DNA of 64,000 nucleotides from a virus: IMG/VR virus record IMGVR_UViG_3300005077_000006, positions 32,001 to 96,000 of that record; one strand, 5' to 3'. Shown piece by piece: positions 38,801 to 46,500 of this stretch (position 1 is its first letter; each line of letters starts with the position of its first letter). The notes under the pieces were generated by a model. It saw only the letters and a program-made list of their open reading frames with translations, ran no database searches and was not told where the DNA came from. The position numbers and the translations under genes were made by a program.

Positions 38801-38984
38801 CAACATGTTGCCGCTGGACATGCAGGAGGACTGGATTGCTAGAATGAACCATCAGCGCCTGTCTCAGACCGTAGTGGAGGCAGCGCAGCAGGGATGGACT
38901 AGCAAGCTGCACGGCAAACACCCGATCCCACCCGTCGTCTACGGCGCGGAGCTGGGCAAGGCGAAGAAGCCAGGAGAGTACTGA
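32847..38984 (+). CDS. rpoBC: Single-chain DNA-directed RNA polymerase, fused beta + beta' homologue
   Basis: beta motifs DPIHTPEG, GYNFEDGVVISE, GDKLAGRHGNKG, NPTGVPGRTNLGQ, TLKSD; beta' motifs GLFD, GHIQLAEP, PVLPPSMRP, KRDPALH, catalytic NADFDGD (36996-37016), GARKG, RSPLRC..GVCKKCYG, GERATQLAMKAFHTGG. Confidence 0.97.
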   Translation: MARLSPEEGFKVLKDRVAETVGGLFPIVGKRHTLEIKDVSVKDTLSIDDIRSQKEAKIGGRTWSVPVEATVALRDNQTGKVVDEQQLRLLNLPKYTRRHSHIVDGQEYQIDNQWRLKSGIYARVKDNGELQSSFNLAKGRGFSLEFDPKTRQFNMAYGTSNIPLAPLMQEMGVHPEDIKDRWGGAIAQANATDREQALLKFYKASTGEKPGSLEQARQHLKDTFGATQLRADTTKITLGTPYTKVTGPALFDAATKLLHVSQGKAEPDPRDSLMFKELHSTEDFFAERIQKGTSDIMRRVQNTLDKKNKVRDIVGPDIFNRPIKTMYRTSLANVPDQTNPLEMLSGQQKTTITGEGGIKSAHGISEEAKLVDPSHLGFLDPIHTPEGQTTGVTLRLPLGAKKRGHDVTIKMFNLKTGKNEDVTPEKALSSNVVLPDQVTWKGGKPVAANKSIRISGPGNEVIEGGLKQADYVMRDPIQMFSMASNLVPFIAADHPNRSTMAGRHMEQSIPLAAREAPLVQSLAAKNTFEKVMGQYAGHTSRVNGTVTKITNDAIMVKDSSGKEHEVQLYDHFPLNADKGFLHSSPLVKPGDKVKRGQPVADTNFTKDGTLALGTNLRVGYMPYKGYNFEDGVVISESAAQKLASEHLHRKSLERDKQTLLSKTKFQAYAPDAITREQADKLDDRGIVKPGQLVLPGDTLIAALRERTDRREDKELAMIHKSLVKPYSDASVKWEADHPGIVQEVITKGKKTAVHVKTLEPAEIGDKLAGRHGNKGIITKILPDHEMPQLKDGTPLQILLNPTGVPGRTNLGQMLETAAGKIAEKTGKPYLIKNFQPNEDLHARVVEDLNKNGIPDKEEVIDPTTGKVLGSVLTGPQHIVKLKHQVEKKLVARAGGPGYAYDRNLVPKGGGPHGAQALGTLGLYSMLAHGAKANLREMQTLKSDAGQNDEFWAALQAGEPLPAPRPTFAYQKFTSYLNALGVNVKKEGNNLQLIPFTDQQVKEMSNGEIKDAGRMVRAKDLKPEADGLFDPKVTGGLEGTKWGHIQLAEPMPNPLFERAIQSLTGLDQKSYLDVVTGRKAIDKSGKVTTNLDAGTTGGPAIAGLLKKVDTAQALAEAQKALQNPNLKGNRLDQANKRVKFLGALNSAGLNPHDAYMMKYVPVLPPSMRPLSQLPNGDLNFDDLNGLYKGIHLTSHQLKSTPDVLPEEEKHEVRAELYDGLRALTGLAGNPKREFRGILDILGGKRLETAGGFATGKKLGSPKEGFFQKKLVQRKQDLSMRSTIVPEPALGLDEVGLPRQAALEIYKPFVIRELRGMTGITPLDAQKQVKQGGELVNRALERVVEQRPVLLKRDPALHKYSVQAFKPRIVGGKAVQIHPLVTSGFNADFDGDTMAAFVPVTNEAVDEAKKMYPSRNLFSPSTGNLMYTPTLETQLGLYGITQSGKKTDHTFKTIQEVHSALNKGTIGFNDQIKVGGISSTTGRFLIGEALPTTMRGEFLKETGPLDKGAQRKLLTSVAEKHRNDYGEVVNKLKDLGNRWSTETAFSLGLDDIKPEKALRDKILKAADKQVGGRPDKAVQVYDKATQAMAKQFQHMPEQGNNLLLMHRAGIKPTEDTLRQIKMAPMLIANAKGEIIPTPVRKSYAEGLDLADYWTSMSGARKGIIQKVQQVQEPGYLSKQVMNSVMNNVIASDDCGTSTGISLATEEKDVLDRYLAAPVKAGKKTLPAGTLITPEVRNTLRNNKVGKVVVRSPLRCQHGPGVCKKCYGLTEDGKPPEIGLNVGVLAGQALGERATQLAMKAFHTGGTAATKEGLVDEFTRVKDLLLFPKTLPGSATLATISGTVEKIEKDPAGGHNVYVNGQRHYVPQNRGVPTLGGKILRRGMDVKKGVAISRGPINPHEMLPLTGVEPVQGYLSNELHNVYGPHGIRRRNTEVVVKSLTNLTKVDDPGDFGPYVRGDFAPQTEIANLNRHNKGAKPIKHTPVLKGVNMLPLDMQEDWIARMNHQRLSQTVVEAAQQGWTSKLHGKHPIPPVVYGAELGKAKKPGEY

Positions 38985-39313
38985 TGACCGAGGTACAGCT
39001 AGCCGCGATGGCCGACGAGCTCGAGAAGATGGGCGGGTTCCTGTCGGGGGTGGGCAACTTCTTCCGCAGCGGCATCGGTGGCTTTCGTAGTCTGGGAACG
39101 GCTGCTGGCAGGTCTGGCATGTGGGGAGCCATGAAGGAGCTGCCTGGTCAGCTCGGGCGGGCCTGGAAGTCCGGCGGCATCGGTCAGGTGGGGAAGGTCT
39201 TGCAGCACGCGGAACCGGTGCAGATGGCGGCGATGGGTGCCGGCGGCCTGTACGCAGGCAACAAGGCGCTGGGCATGCTGCGCGGGCGTCAACAGCAGCA
39301 ACCCCAGCAGTAG
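38984..39313 (+). CDS. Small tagged Gly-rich protein
   Basis: TGATG coupling to RNAP; AMADELEKMGG then amphipathic Gly-rich segments. Confidence 0.7.
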   Translation: MTEVQLAAMADELEKMGGFLSGVGNFFRSGIGGFRSLGTAAGRSGMWGAMKELPGQLGRAWKSGGIGQVGKVLQHAEPVQMAAMGAGGLYAGNKALGMLRGRQQQQPQQ

Positions 39314-40585
39314 ATGCCCTCGACCTTCCCAAATTCTCCGATGACCTCCGGTTCACGCGGAGCACGCGTGGAGACCGGTGTCATCGCCAACGTCAACGTC
39401 AGGAACCTGACCGCTGACTGGGTCTCCCAGTACACCGGCAAGCAGATCCCTGACGTGCAGATCATGACGCCCTACGTCCACTACAACAACGGCGAGGGCT
39501 TCACGTGCATCCCGGAAGTGGGTGCCATCTGCGTGTTGTGCTTCCCCTCGGACAACGATCCCCCCTTCATCCTCGGCTTCCTCACAGGACCGGAGATGGA
39601 AGGGGCCGACTCCGGAGACCTCGCAACCAAGGTGGAGGATCCCGGCGTCGAGTCCGAGGAAGACCTGCCCACGGCGCAGACCACTCAATCGAGTGGTACC
39701 ACCTCGGTGAAGACCAACCCAAGTGACGCTAGCTTCCGCGGCGGCAGACCCATCCTCAACCCGGGAGACATGTACTGGCAGGGCCGGGACGACAACTTCG
39801 TGGTGATGCGCCGAGGCGGCGTGCTCCAACTCGGGTCCACCCAGATCTGCCAGCGTGCCTACATCCCCATCCGCAACATCATCCGGGACTTCTGCGAGAA
39901 CTGGGAGATGAACACCGCCGCCGGCACCCTCTCCTGGGAGGTGCTGCGGCAAGAGAATGACCCGGGCGGCGATGCCCCCACCGAGCTGAACCTCATCGCC
40001 AGGGAGCATGCGCAGGACAAGAAGGCATCGATCAAGGTGAGCCTCGGCTGCCTGGAGGATGCGGAGAAGCCTCCGGGCGGAGATACCACCTTCCTCGAGG
40101 TGACCATCGCGCCCGAGCAGATAGATCCCTCGAGCGGTGAGGTGTCGGGCAAGCCCAAGTACGTGATCCGTATCGACAAGGCCGGCAACACCTACACCAT
40201 GCAGGCTGGCACGCGCACCGAGGAAGTGGATGGTGACCAGACCACCAAGGTGAAGGGAGCGCAGACCATCGAGATTACTGGCGCACGTACGATCAAGGCC
40301 CTCAGCGAGAGCAAGGAGCTGAAGACCACGCACGAGATCAAGGGTGTCTCCAGTACGGAGACCTGGTCCGGGGCGAAGGTCATCGGTGCAGCACAACTCC
40401 TGCTCGGTGGACCTGGGGCTACCGAGCCAGCCGTTGCTGGTCTAAAATTGGCGATGTGGTTGAAGACGCACGTCCACAAGGTCCCGCTTCCTCCGCCGAT
40501 CGACAAAGCGGTGTTGACCTTGGAGCCACTAACGGCGGATGCTTTGCCGAACGCGATCTTGGCGACCAAGGTCAAGGTGTTATGA
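39314..40585 (+). CDS. Baseplate central spike (GpV/gp5-like)
   Basis: N-terminal OB-fold-like GVIANVN...IPEVGAICVLCF...PFILG; beta-strand repeats; C-terminal THVH (HxH tip motif). Confidence 0.7.
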   Translation: MPSTFPNSPMTSGSRGARVETGVIANVNVRNLTADWVSQYTGKQIPDVQIMTPYVHYNNGEGFTCIPEVGAICVLCFPSDNDPPFILGFLTGPEMEGADSGDLATKVEDPGVESEEDLPTAQTTQSSGTTSVKTNPSDASFRGGRPILNPGDMYWQGRDDNFVVMRRGGVLQLGSTQICQRAYIPIRNIIRDFCENWEMNTAAGTLSWEVLRQENDPGGDAPTELNLIAREHAQDKKASIKVSLGCLEDAEKPPGGDTTFLEVTIAPEQIDPSSGEVSGKPKYVIRIDKAGNTYTMQAGTRTEEVDGDQTTKVKGAQTIEITGARTIKALSESKELKTTHEIKGVSSTETWSGAKVIGAAQLLLGGPGATEPAVAGLKLAMWLKTHVHKVPLPPPIDKAVLTLEPLTADALPNAILATKVKVL

Positions 40586-40591
40586 TAGGAG

Positions 40592-42616
40592 ATGACGATG
40601 GATCTCTTCCTCGATAACAAGAAGCTGACCTTCGAGAAGCTGGGCATGGAAGCTCGGATGTCGGAGGACCCGAACGAGTGGCCCGAGCAGATCTTGGACC
40701 AGCTCTATCGGCAAGCGCCCTACACCAGCGACTACAGCCCCAAGATCGTGCTGGACGACATCGATCCGGACAGGCGCTACGCCATGGGAAGAGTCGAGCT
40801 CATCAACCAGCTCGCCATCAACCCAAGGGACGACTCCACGCCGTCGGAGCTGAAGGGGAAGCAGAAGGTCGTCCTTCCCGTCATCATCAAGGATGGTCGG
40901 CTCTCTCCCATCGACCTGCTGATGCACAGCGGAAGCGTCGAGCCCCTGACTGAGGGGAGACTGAGAGAGGCGCTCTTCCGGCCGGCTCTCTTCGAGGCCA
41001 TCCGGCAACGGCCGGGGGACATGAGCCTCATCGAGCAGCTCTATCCACCCAACCGGCAGTACGGCGGGGCACGTGGACCACTGGTGGCTGACGCGGGGTC
41101 GGGAATGGTGGGCTCCACCAGGACAGCCTCGGCCAAGCCGGAGTTCCTGCTGGACGCCATCATGCCCACGGTCAAGAAGGCGCACGTCCAGCACGTGGCC
41201 CAGCGCATCGAGGAGGACCCTGTCCTGCGCTCGGCTCTCGTCACCAACGAGGCCGTCTTCCCCTTCATCGCCAAGCTGGCCGAGGTCGAGTCCATCGAGA
41301 AGGACCCCGGGACCTACCTGAAGAAGATCGCCAGCAGCATCAAGCCCAACGTCATCCAGGTCCAGAAGATCGAGGGCGGCTTCCGGATCAAGACTGCCAA
41401 CTCCGACGCCCTGATCCCGACATCCGATGACGTCGACCGACCCTCTGCCGTGGGGATGCTGGGGCCAGACCTGGTCTCCTCGGTGGAGCGGGATGGCACC
41501 ACCACGATCTCCACCAACCCCGCGGTGAAGGAGACCATGGAGGACGTCACCATCAAGGTGGTGTCCGAGTTCGGCATCTACAAGGTGAAGAAGGTGGGGG
41601 ACAACGCCGAGCTGGTGGGATGGGTGTTCCCCAAGGTGATGGACTTCACCGGGGAGCTCCTGCCCATGGCGGTCTTCTCCAACGGCAGCGAGTCTGCCAT
41701 GCAGGAGAACGTCGCCGGCATCCCGGTCGCCAGGCAGACGGACATCCTCAACGGAGCGCCCACGGGTATGGGCTCCTTCTACTACGCCACCTCGGCCGGG
41801 GCGCAGGCCTTGGTCCCAGTGATGGTGAAGAGCGAGGTGGAGTCCCCCGAGGGGCTGTCCTACGTCTGCGAGACGGTGATGGGGGAGCAGTGTCAGATCG
41901 TGAAGGTGCCCGGTCTGAAGGCGGTGCAGCAGATCTCCGAGGGACGCTACGGCATCCCGGCGGAGTGCGGCTTCCTGCCACTCGCGGACGTGGTGGACCT
42001 GGCTTCGAGCCCGGACGAGTTCGCCAAGACGGCCGAGGCCCAAGCCGTGGGTACGAACGCCGTTCGGATCATCACGGATGGCAGCGTCTACTCCTTCGAG
42101 GGCATGCCGATCGACAAGCTGGCAGGCGTGATGCCCACCGCCTTCCTGGCCAAGGACGACGCCGTCTTCCTCGGCACCATCCTGGGGCAGGAGCCCAAGA
42201 AGCTGGCTCACGCGCTGACCACGATGCGGAAGCAGGGCCACCAGGAGCTGTGGTTCCACGCCCATCAGCCCACTCCCCTCCGTGACAAGTACGCGGCGGC
42301 GAGTGCGAGCGCGAAGGCGCTCCTGGACAAGCTCCCGAGCATGAGGGCGGACCTCCTGAAGGAGGCGGCTCCCATCGAGGATCCCGCGGCGGTGGACAAG
42401 ATCCTGTCCGTCGGCTTCCTCAACCCGGAGAACGTGTCGATCTTCGCCAGCTACGCACCGGAGATCGAGGACACGATCAAGAAGCTGTCAGAGCTGTTGA
42501 TGGCCACGAGGATGGGCCTGGGTTCGGTGGAAGAGGGGGCCCTGCAGAAGGCGATCGTGCATCTCGACAAGGTGGTGGCGGGGCTGAAGACCATCGGATC
42601 CATGCCGAAGGCGTAG
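40592..42616 (+). CDS. Large virion/core protein of unknown function with K-x-A sites
   Basis: 674 aa; AGGAG RBS; FEKLG at the N-terminus, AKLA, KKIA, IKTA, AKTA, DKLA, LKEAA. Confidence 0.7.
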   Translation: MTMDLFLDNKKLTFEKLGMEARMSEDPNEWPEQILDQLYRQAPYTSDYSPKIVLDDIDPDRRYAMGRVELINQLAINPRDDSTPSELKGKQKVVLPVIIKDGRLSPIDLLMHSGSVEPLTEGRLREALFRPALFEAIRQRPGDMSLIEQLYPPNRQYGGARGPLVADAGSGMVGSTRTASAKPEFLLDAIMPTVKKAHVQHVAQRIEEDPVLRSALVTNEAVFPFIAKLAEVESIEKDPGTYLKKIASSIKPNVIQVQKIEGGFRIKTANSDALIPTSDDVDRPSAVGMLGPDLVSSVERDGTTTISTNPAVKETMEDVTIKVVSEFGIYKVKKVGDNAELVGWVFPKVMDFTGELLPMAVFSNGSESAMQENVAGIPVARQTDILNGAPTGMGSFYYATSAGAQALVPVMVKSEVESPEGLSYVCETVMGEQCQIVKVPGLKAVQQISEGRYGIPAECGFLPLADVVDLASSPDEFAKTAEAQAVGTNAVRIITDGSVYSFEGMPIDKLAGVMPTAFLAKDDAVFLGTILGQEPKKLAHALTTMRKQGHQELWFHAHQPTPLRDKYAAASASAKALLDKLPSMRADLLKEAAPIEDPAAVDKILSVGFLNPENVSIFASYAPEIEDTIKKLSELLMATRMGLGSVEEGALQKAIVHLDKVVAGLKTIGSMPKA

Positions 42617-42619
42617 CCC

Positions 42620-43507
42620 ATGGTCAGCCGTTCACCCAGTGAGTTCTTCATCAAGTTCCTGCTGTCCCAGCGGGAACACGATCCTGCTCAGGTGCTCCGC
42701 ATCCTGGAGGACTTCGGACTGGAGGGGCTCACTGTTGGCTACATCAAGAAGCTCCAGATCAAGATGGAGCCCTTCCCCGATCCCTGGGAGCCAGCCCAGG
42801 TGGAGGGGCCAACTAGGGAGTACCTCAAGAAGCACGGGATCCACGACCTCTGGTTCCCGCATGCGCATGTGCAGGAGGCGTACAAGATCCTCTCCAGCCC
42901 GCAGCTACGGGCCGATGTGCAGCAGCTCGTGCTCTCCCCCCTGCGCATCGAGGAGGTGGTCAGGCGGCTCAACAAGCACCACGACATCAAGCTGACCATC
43001 GAGGGCATCGAAGCCTTCCGCCACTACTTCTGGAACAAGTCTCTGCTCTCGATGGATGAGTGGATCGAGTTCCTGGAGGAGAGGCCCCGGGCTGCCGAGA
43101 ACATCACCATGCTGCGCGTGAGCCCGGACGTGGCGCAGTCGCTGGTGCCCTGGATCGCGGGTCTAGCTGGTCCCCCGGCGTCGCTCAACACCGGCACCGT
43201 GGCTCGGCGTCTGCGCGACATCGCGTTTCTGAAGGTGCTCGAGATCGAGCGCCAGCCAGCTACGCTGGCGCACTCGAAGATGATGAAGAACTACTCGGAC
43301 GTGATCCGCGGCATGGAAGCGGAGATGCGACAGAGCGAGGTCGCTCTACGCGATGTGCTCAAGGCGTTCGAGAAGTTCCGTCTCCGCAAGGACGATGCGA
43401 CGGTCCCGGCCATCGAAGAGGTGGCTGGTCCGAACTACAGTCACTCCGGAGAGGGAACTGGTGGGCCGAGTACTGCCGACGACATGATGGAGGAAGACTA
43501 TGGCTGA
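42620..43507 (+). CDS. Hypothetical helical protein (possible small terminase)
   Basis: Helical, HTH-like central region; upstream of terL; function inferred from position only. Confidence 0.5.
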   Translation: MVSRSPSEFFIKFLLSQREHDPAQVLRILEDFGLEGLTVGYIKKLQIKMEPFPDPWEPAQVEGPTREYLKKHGIHDLWFPHAHVQEAYKILSSPQLRADVQQLVLSPLRIEEVVRRLNKHHDIKLTIEGIEAFRHYFWNKSLLSMDEWIEFLEERPRAAENITMLRVSPDVAQSLVPWIAGLAGPPASLNTGTVARRLRDIAFLKVLEIERQPATLAHSKMMKNYSDVIRGMEAEMRQSEVALRDVLKAFEKFRLRKDDATVPAIEEVAGPNYSHSGEGTGGPSTADDMMEEDYG

Positions 43508-44021
43508 GACGCAAGTGGAGAAGAGGCCCTTCTGGGTCTCCGAGGAAGAGAAGAGCGGGCTGGTTGCCACGCCCCAGGGCAGCCTCGATGTGGGTGCGGC
43601 CATCCCGGAGCTCACCTGGGTGGAGAAGGGTCCAGTGGTCGGGGCGTACGTCATCAAGGACGGGCTGCTGATCTACCACATCTACAAGAAGGACCGGAAG
43701 GAGATCTACGACGACGCCATGGCGGACATGGATCGCATCCGCAACGAGGTGGTCGACGCCAAGGAGCGGGCCCGCCTCCAGAACGAGGTCGCCATGCGCG
43801 CCAACAAGGCGATGAGCAACCTCCCCTGGTGGGTGGGGATCTTGGACACGCTGACGGCGATCTTCGCGGACCACTTCCGACACCATCCCCAGAAGGTGAC
43901 CTACTACCCGGAGGTGGATAGCTGCTCCGTCATCATGCCGGAGCCCACCATGCCGGGTGCCCTGACCAAGGCTCACCTGGAAGCACCGTTCTCCCAACTG
44001 GCACTGCAGGTCCAGGGCTAA
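43500..44021 (+). CDS. Hypothetical protein
   Basis: GGAGG RBS, 8-nt overlap with the previous gene. Confidence 0.7.
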   Translation: MAETQVEKRPFWVSEEEKSGLVATPQGSLDVGAAIPELTWVEKGPVVGAYVIKDGLLIYHIYKKDRKEIYDDAMADMDRIRNEVVDAKERARLQNEVAMRANKAMSNLPWWVGILDTLTAIFADHFRHHPQKVTYYPEVDSCSVIMPEPTMPGALTKAHLEAPFSQLALQVQG

Positions 44022-44222
44022 GTGAAGGCCGGCTTTCGCCGGCCAGTACGGTGCTCTACACCTTGATTGGAGGCCTGTTGGGTACAACGCTCGGTTCCGC
44101 CGGCGACGACCGAATGTTGCCCAAAGGCCTCCAATCAAGGTGTGAGGGGCCTGGGCGCATCAGAGGAACAGCATTGCCGGCGAGTGGTGCCTGGAGTGAA
44201 GCTACATCCGGGGCATCACTAA
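44022..44222 (-). ncRNA. Candidate structured non-coding RNA
   Basis: Bounded by an ATAAG-class motif (44227-44255) and a GGCCGGC-GAAA-GCCGGCC hairpin (44027-44044); contains an 86-nt hairpin 44058-44143 with a 19-bp perfect outer stem. Confidence 0.45.
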
Positions 44223-44226
44223 GTAC

Positions 44227-44255
44227 CTTATACCTGCCAGTCAGGGATCATTGCG
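44227..44255 (-). promoter_or_regulatory. Candidate ATAAG-class promoter, copy 3
   Basis: - strand CGCAATGATCCCTGACTGGCAGGTATAAG. Confidence 0.5.
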
Positions 44256-44265
44256 GTAGGATGTA

Positions 44266-46098
44266 GTGATGGCGACGATCAGCCTTGCAGAAGTCGAGAC
44301 CCTCAAGTCCGCACGGACGATCCCTCTCCTGTGGTCCGTTGATGGAGAGGTCCAGGAACCGTGGTTCGACTACGATGAGGACGGCAATCCCACTGACTTC
44401 GGCTTCGACATGGAGCCGGCCGATCCCTCGACTGAAGATCTGCTCGAGATCAACCCGGACGTCTTCCTCTACGATGTCTCGCCCTCTCAGTTTGCGGAGA
44501 CTGCCATCCGTGTCCCAGAAGCGGGACGCATCTCTGACTTCGAGTTCACGGGCAGAGAGTACTTGCGGAGGATCTACGATACTTCCGCGAGGAAGGTGCT
44601 GCTCAAGTGCGGGCGTCAGGTTGAGAAGTCCACGACCTTGGGTAACAGGCTGCTCTGCTACTCAGCGCTCACCAACAACTTCCGCTGCCTCTTCGTCGCA
44701 CCCTCGGCTGAGCAGGCCAAGGTGTTCTCGAACGATCGTATCAAGGACGTCATCGACTCCTCCCCTCTGCTTCGGGCCTACACATCCTCCCGCGTGAACC
44801 AGGCCGTCTTCTTCAAGAAGTTCATCAACTTCTCCCAGATCCGACTGCGCTACGCCTACCTCACGGCGGACCGGGTGCGTGGTATCCCTGCCGACCTGGT
44901 CACGGTAGACGAGCTCCAGGACATTCTGATCGACAACATCCCGGTCATCGAGCAGTGCGCCTTCCACTCCCCCTACAAGTTGTTCCTCTACTCCGGCACG
45001 CCGAAGTCGATGGACAACACGATCGAGTTCTACTGGAACGAGTTCTCGTCCATGAACGAGTGGATCGTACCGTGTGACCGGCATGGTACGCCCAACGATC
45101 CCGGTTCCTGGCACTGGAACGTCTTGGGGGAGAAGAACATCGGGAAGAAGGGCCTGATCTGCGACCGCTGCAAGGAGCCCATCGACGCGGCTCATCCGAT
45201 GGCCAAGTGGGCCGCGATGAACCCGATGCGGGAGGACAACGCCGACAAGGTCACCTTCGAAGGCTACCGCATCCCGCAGATCATGGTGCCCTGGGTGGAT
45301 TGGGACGAGGTGCTCCAGGCTTTGGAGCAGTACCCGCGCGCCCAGTTCATGAACGAGAAGCTGGGCATGTCCTACGACTCTGGTGTTCGTCCCATCACCA
45401 AGGGTCAGCTCAAGGCGTGCTGCAAAGCAGAGATCAGGCTGGGGGACATCGAGGCGTTCAAGCGGATCGCCCAGGGCATCCGGGTCTACGCCGGCATCGA
45501 CTGGGGCCCGGGAGAGAACGCCTCCTTCACGGTCATCACCTTCGGCGGGTACATGGGGACGGGTGTTTTCAACATCTTCTGGATCCACCGCTTCACTGGG
45601 CAAGACCTCGAGCCTGAGCGGCAGCTCGATCTCATCAGTCAGATGCTCTCCCAGCTCCAGGTCCAGATCGTGGGGTGCGACTACGGTGGTGGTTTCTACC
45701 AGAACGATGCTCTGATCAGGCGGTTCGGACCACAGAAGGTCATGAAGTACCAGTACAACCCTCGCCAGAAGAAGAAGATCTATTGGGAGCCGAACCTTCT
45801 ACGCTGGATGTGCCACCGCTCAGAGATCATGAGCGACATCTTCAACGCCCTCAAGCAACAGAAGGTGGCGCTGCCTTGCTGGGATGACTTCTGCGAGCCC
45901 TACGGCACGGACATCCTCAACATCTTCAGCGAGTACAATCAGCGTCTCAGGATGATCGAGTACAAGAGGGCGCCCGGCAAGCCGGATGACGCCTTCCACT
46001 CGATCCTCTACTGCATGCTGGCCTCCATGATCCAGAACCCGAGGCCCGACATCATCCGGCCCACGAAGGATGAGGGCATTCCTCAGCATCACGGCTAA
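44266..46098 (+). CDS. terL: Terminase large subunit (GpA-like ATPase + RNase H-like nuclease)
   Basis: KCGRQVEKST (Walker A), RVRGIPADLVTVDELQD (Walker B), YSGTP, YAGIDWG, KPDDAFHS. Confidence 0.9.
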   Translation: MMATISLAEVETLKSARTIPLLWSVDGEVQEPWFDYDEDGNPTDFGFDMEPADPSTEDLLEINPDVFLYDVSPSQFAETAIRVPEAGRISDFEFTGREYLRRIYDTSARKVLLKCGRQVEKSTTLGNRLLCYSALTNNFRCLFVAPSAEQAKVFSNDRIKDVIDSSPLLRAYTSSRVNQAVFFKKFINFSQIRLRYAYLTADRVRGIPADLVTVDELQDILIDNIPVIEQCAFHSPYKLFLYSGTPKSMDNTIEFYWNEFSSMNEWIVPCDRHGTPNDPGSWHWNVLGEKNIGKKGLICDRCKEPIDAAHPMAKWAAMNPMREDNADKVTFEGYRIPQIMVPWVDWDEVLQALEQYPRAQFMNEKLGMSYDSGVRPITKGQLKACCKAEIRLGDIEAFKRIAQGIRVYAGIDWGPGENASFTVITFGGYMGTGVFNIFWIHRFTGQDLEPERQLDLISQMLSQLQVQIVGCDYGGGFYQNDALIRRFGPQKVMKYQYNPRQKKKIYWEPNLLRWMCHRSEIMSDIFNALKQQKVALPCWDDFCEPYGTDILNIFSEYNQRLRMIEYKRAPGKPDDAFHSILYCMLASMIQNPRPDIIRPTKDEGIPQHHG

Positions 46099-46102
46099 AG
46101 AA

Positions 46103-46132
46103 GGGTAGGACACGCTGCAGCGTGTCCTACCC
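46103..46132. terminator. Perfect 30-bp palindrome; likely terminator between convergent genes
   Basis: GGGTAGGACACGCTG|CAGCGTGTCCTACCC; TTCTTT follows on the - strand. Confidence 0.6.
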
Positions 46133-46170
46133 GGTGGCTATCCGGTCGCTACCCGGTCGCTACCCGGCGA
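46127..46170. repeat. 4 x 11-bp tandem repeat
   Basis: CTACCCGGTGG / CTATCCGGTCG / CTACCCGGTCG / CTACCCGGCGA. Confidence 0.8.
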
Positions 46171-46453
46171 TCTTGCTGATGATGAAGCGCACCAGCTTGT
46201 AGACCCCGTAGCCGGCGAGGGCTCGGCCGCCAAGGCCGAACACGCCCTCCACCTTGTTCTTCACGCCGGGCGCTGCGATGTGCTGGACGGGGTGCCAGAT
46301 GATGAGCTGGCCAACCGTCTGGAGGGCGATGTACCCCTCCTGCTTGAGCTCCTGCTTGAGCTCCTGCTTGATCTCCCTCTTGAACTGGGCGGCGTCGATG
46401 GTCATGGTCTCGCCAGCCTCGATTTCGGCTGGCACTGCGGCGCCTTTGGGCAT
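46160..46453 (-). CDS. Small membrane-associated hypothetical protein (- strand island)
   Basis: AAGGAG before ATG 46453; IKQELKQELKQE encoded by a 3 x 12-bp repeat (46337-46372); hydrophobic C-terminus. Confidence 0.65.
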   Translation of the reverse strand: MPKGAAVPAEIEAGETMTIDAAQFKREIKQELKQELKQEGYIALQTVGQLIIWHPVQHIAAPGVKNKVEGVFGLGGRALAGYGVYKLVRFIISKIAG

Positions 46454-46500
46454 TTCTGATCTCCTTGCAAGGGTTACGAGCATCTGCTCCAGTGCTTGTT

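Noticed and set aside
32847-38984. Host chromosomal rpoBC or an intein-containing RNAP
   Set aside because: No flanking ribosomal protein genes, reduced size, phage structural context; no intein or homing-endonuclease motifs seen
44160-44220. tRNA-like start (GCCCCGGATGTAGC on the - strand)
   Set aside because: No T-loop GTTCRA and no cloverleaf could be built
44051-44266. 71-aa + strand ORF in the pre-terL gap
   Set aside because: No RBS before the start, atypical codons, and the region is dominated by a long inverted repeat
46127-46372. Short repeats as a mini-CRISPR array
   Set aside because: Units are 11-12 bp, contiguous and have no spacers
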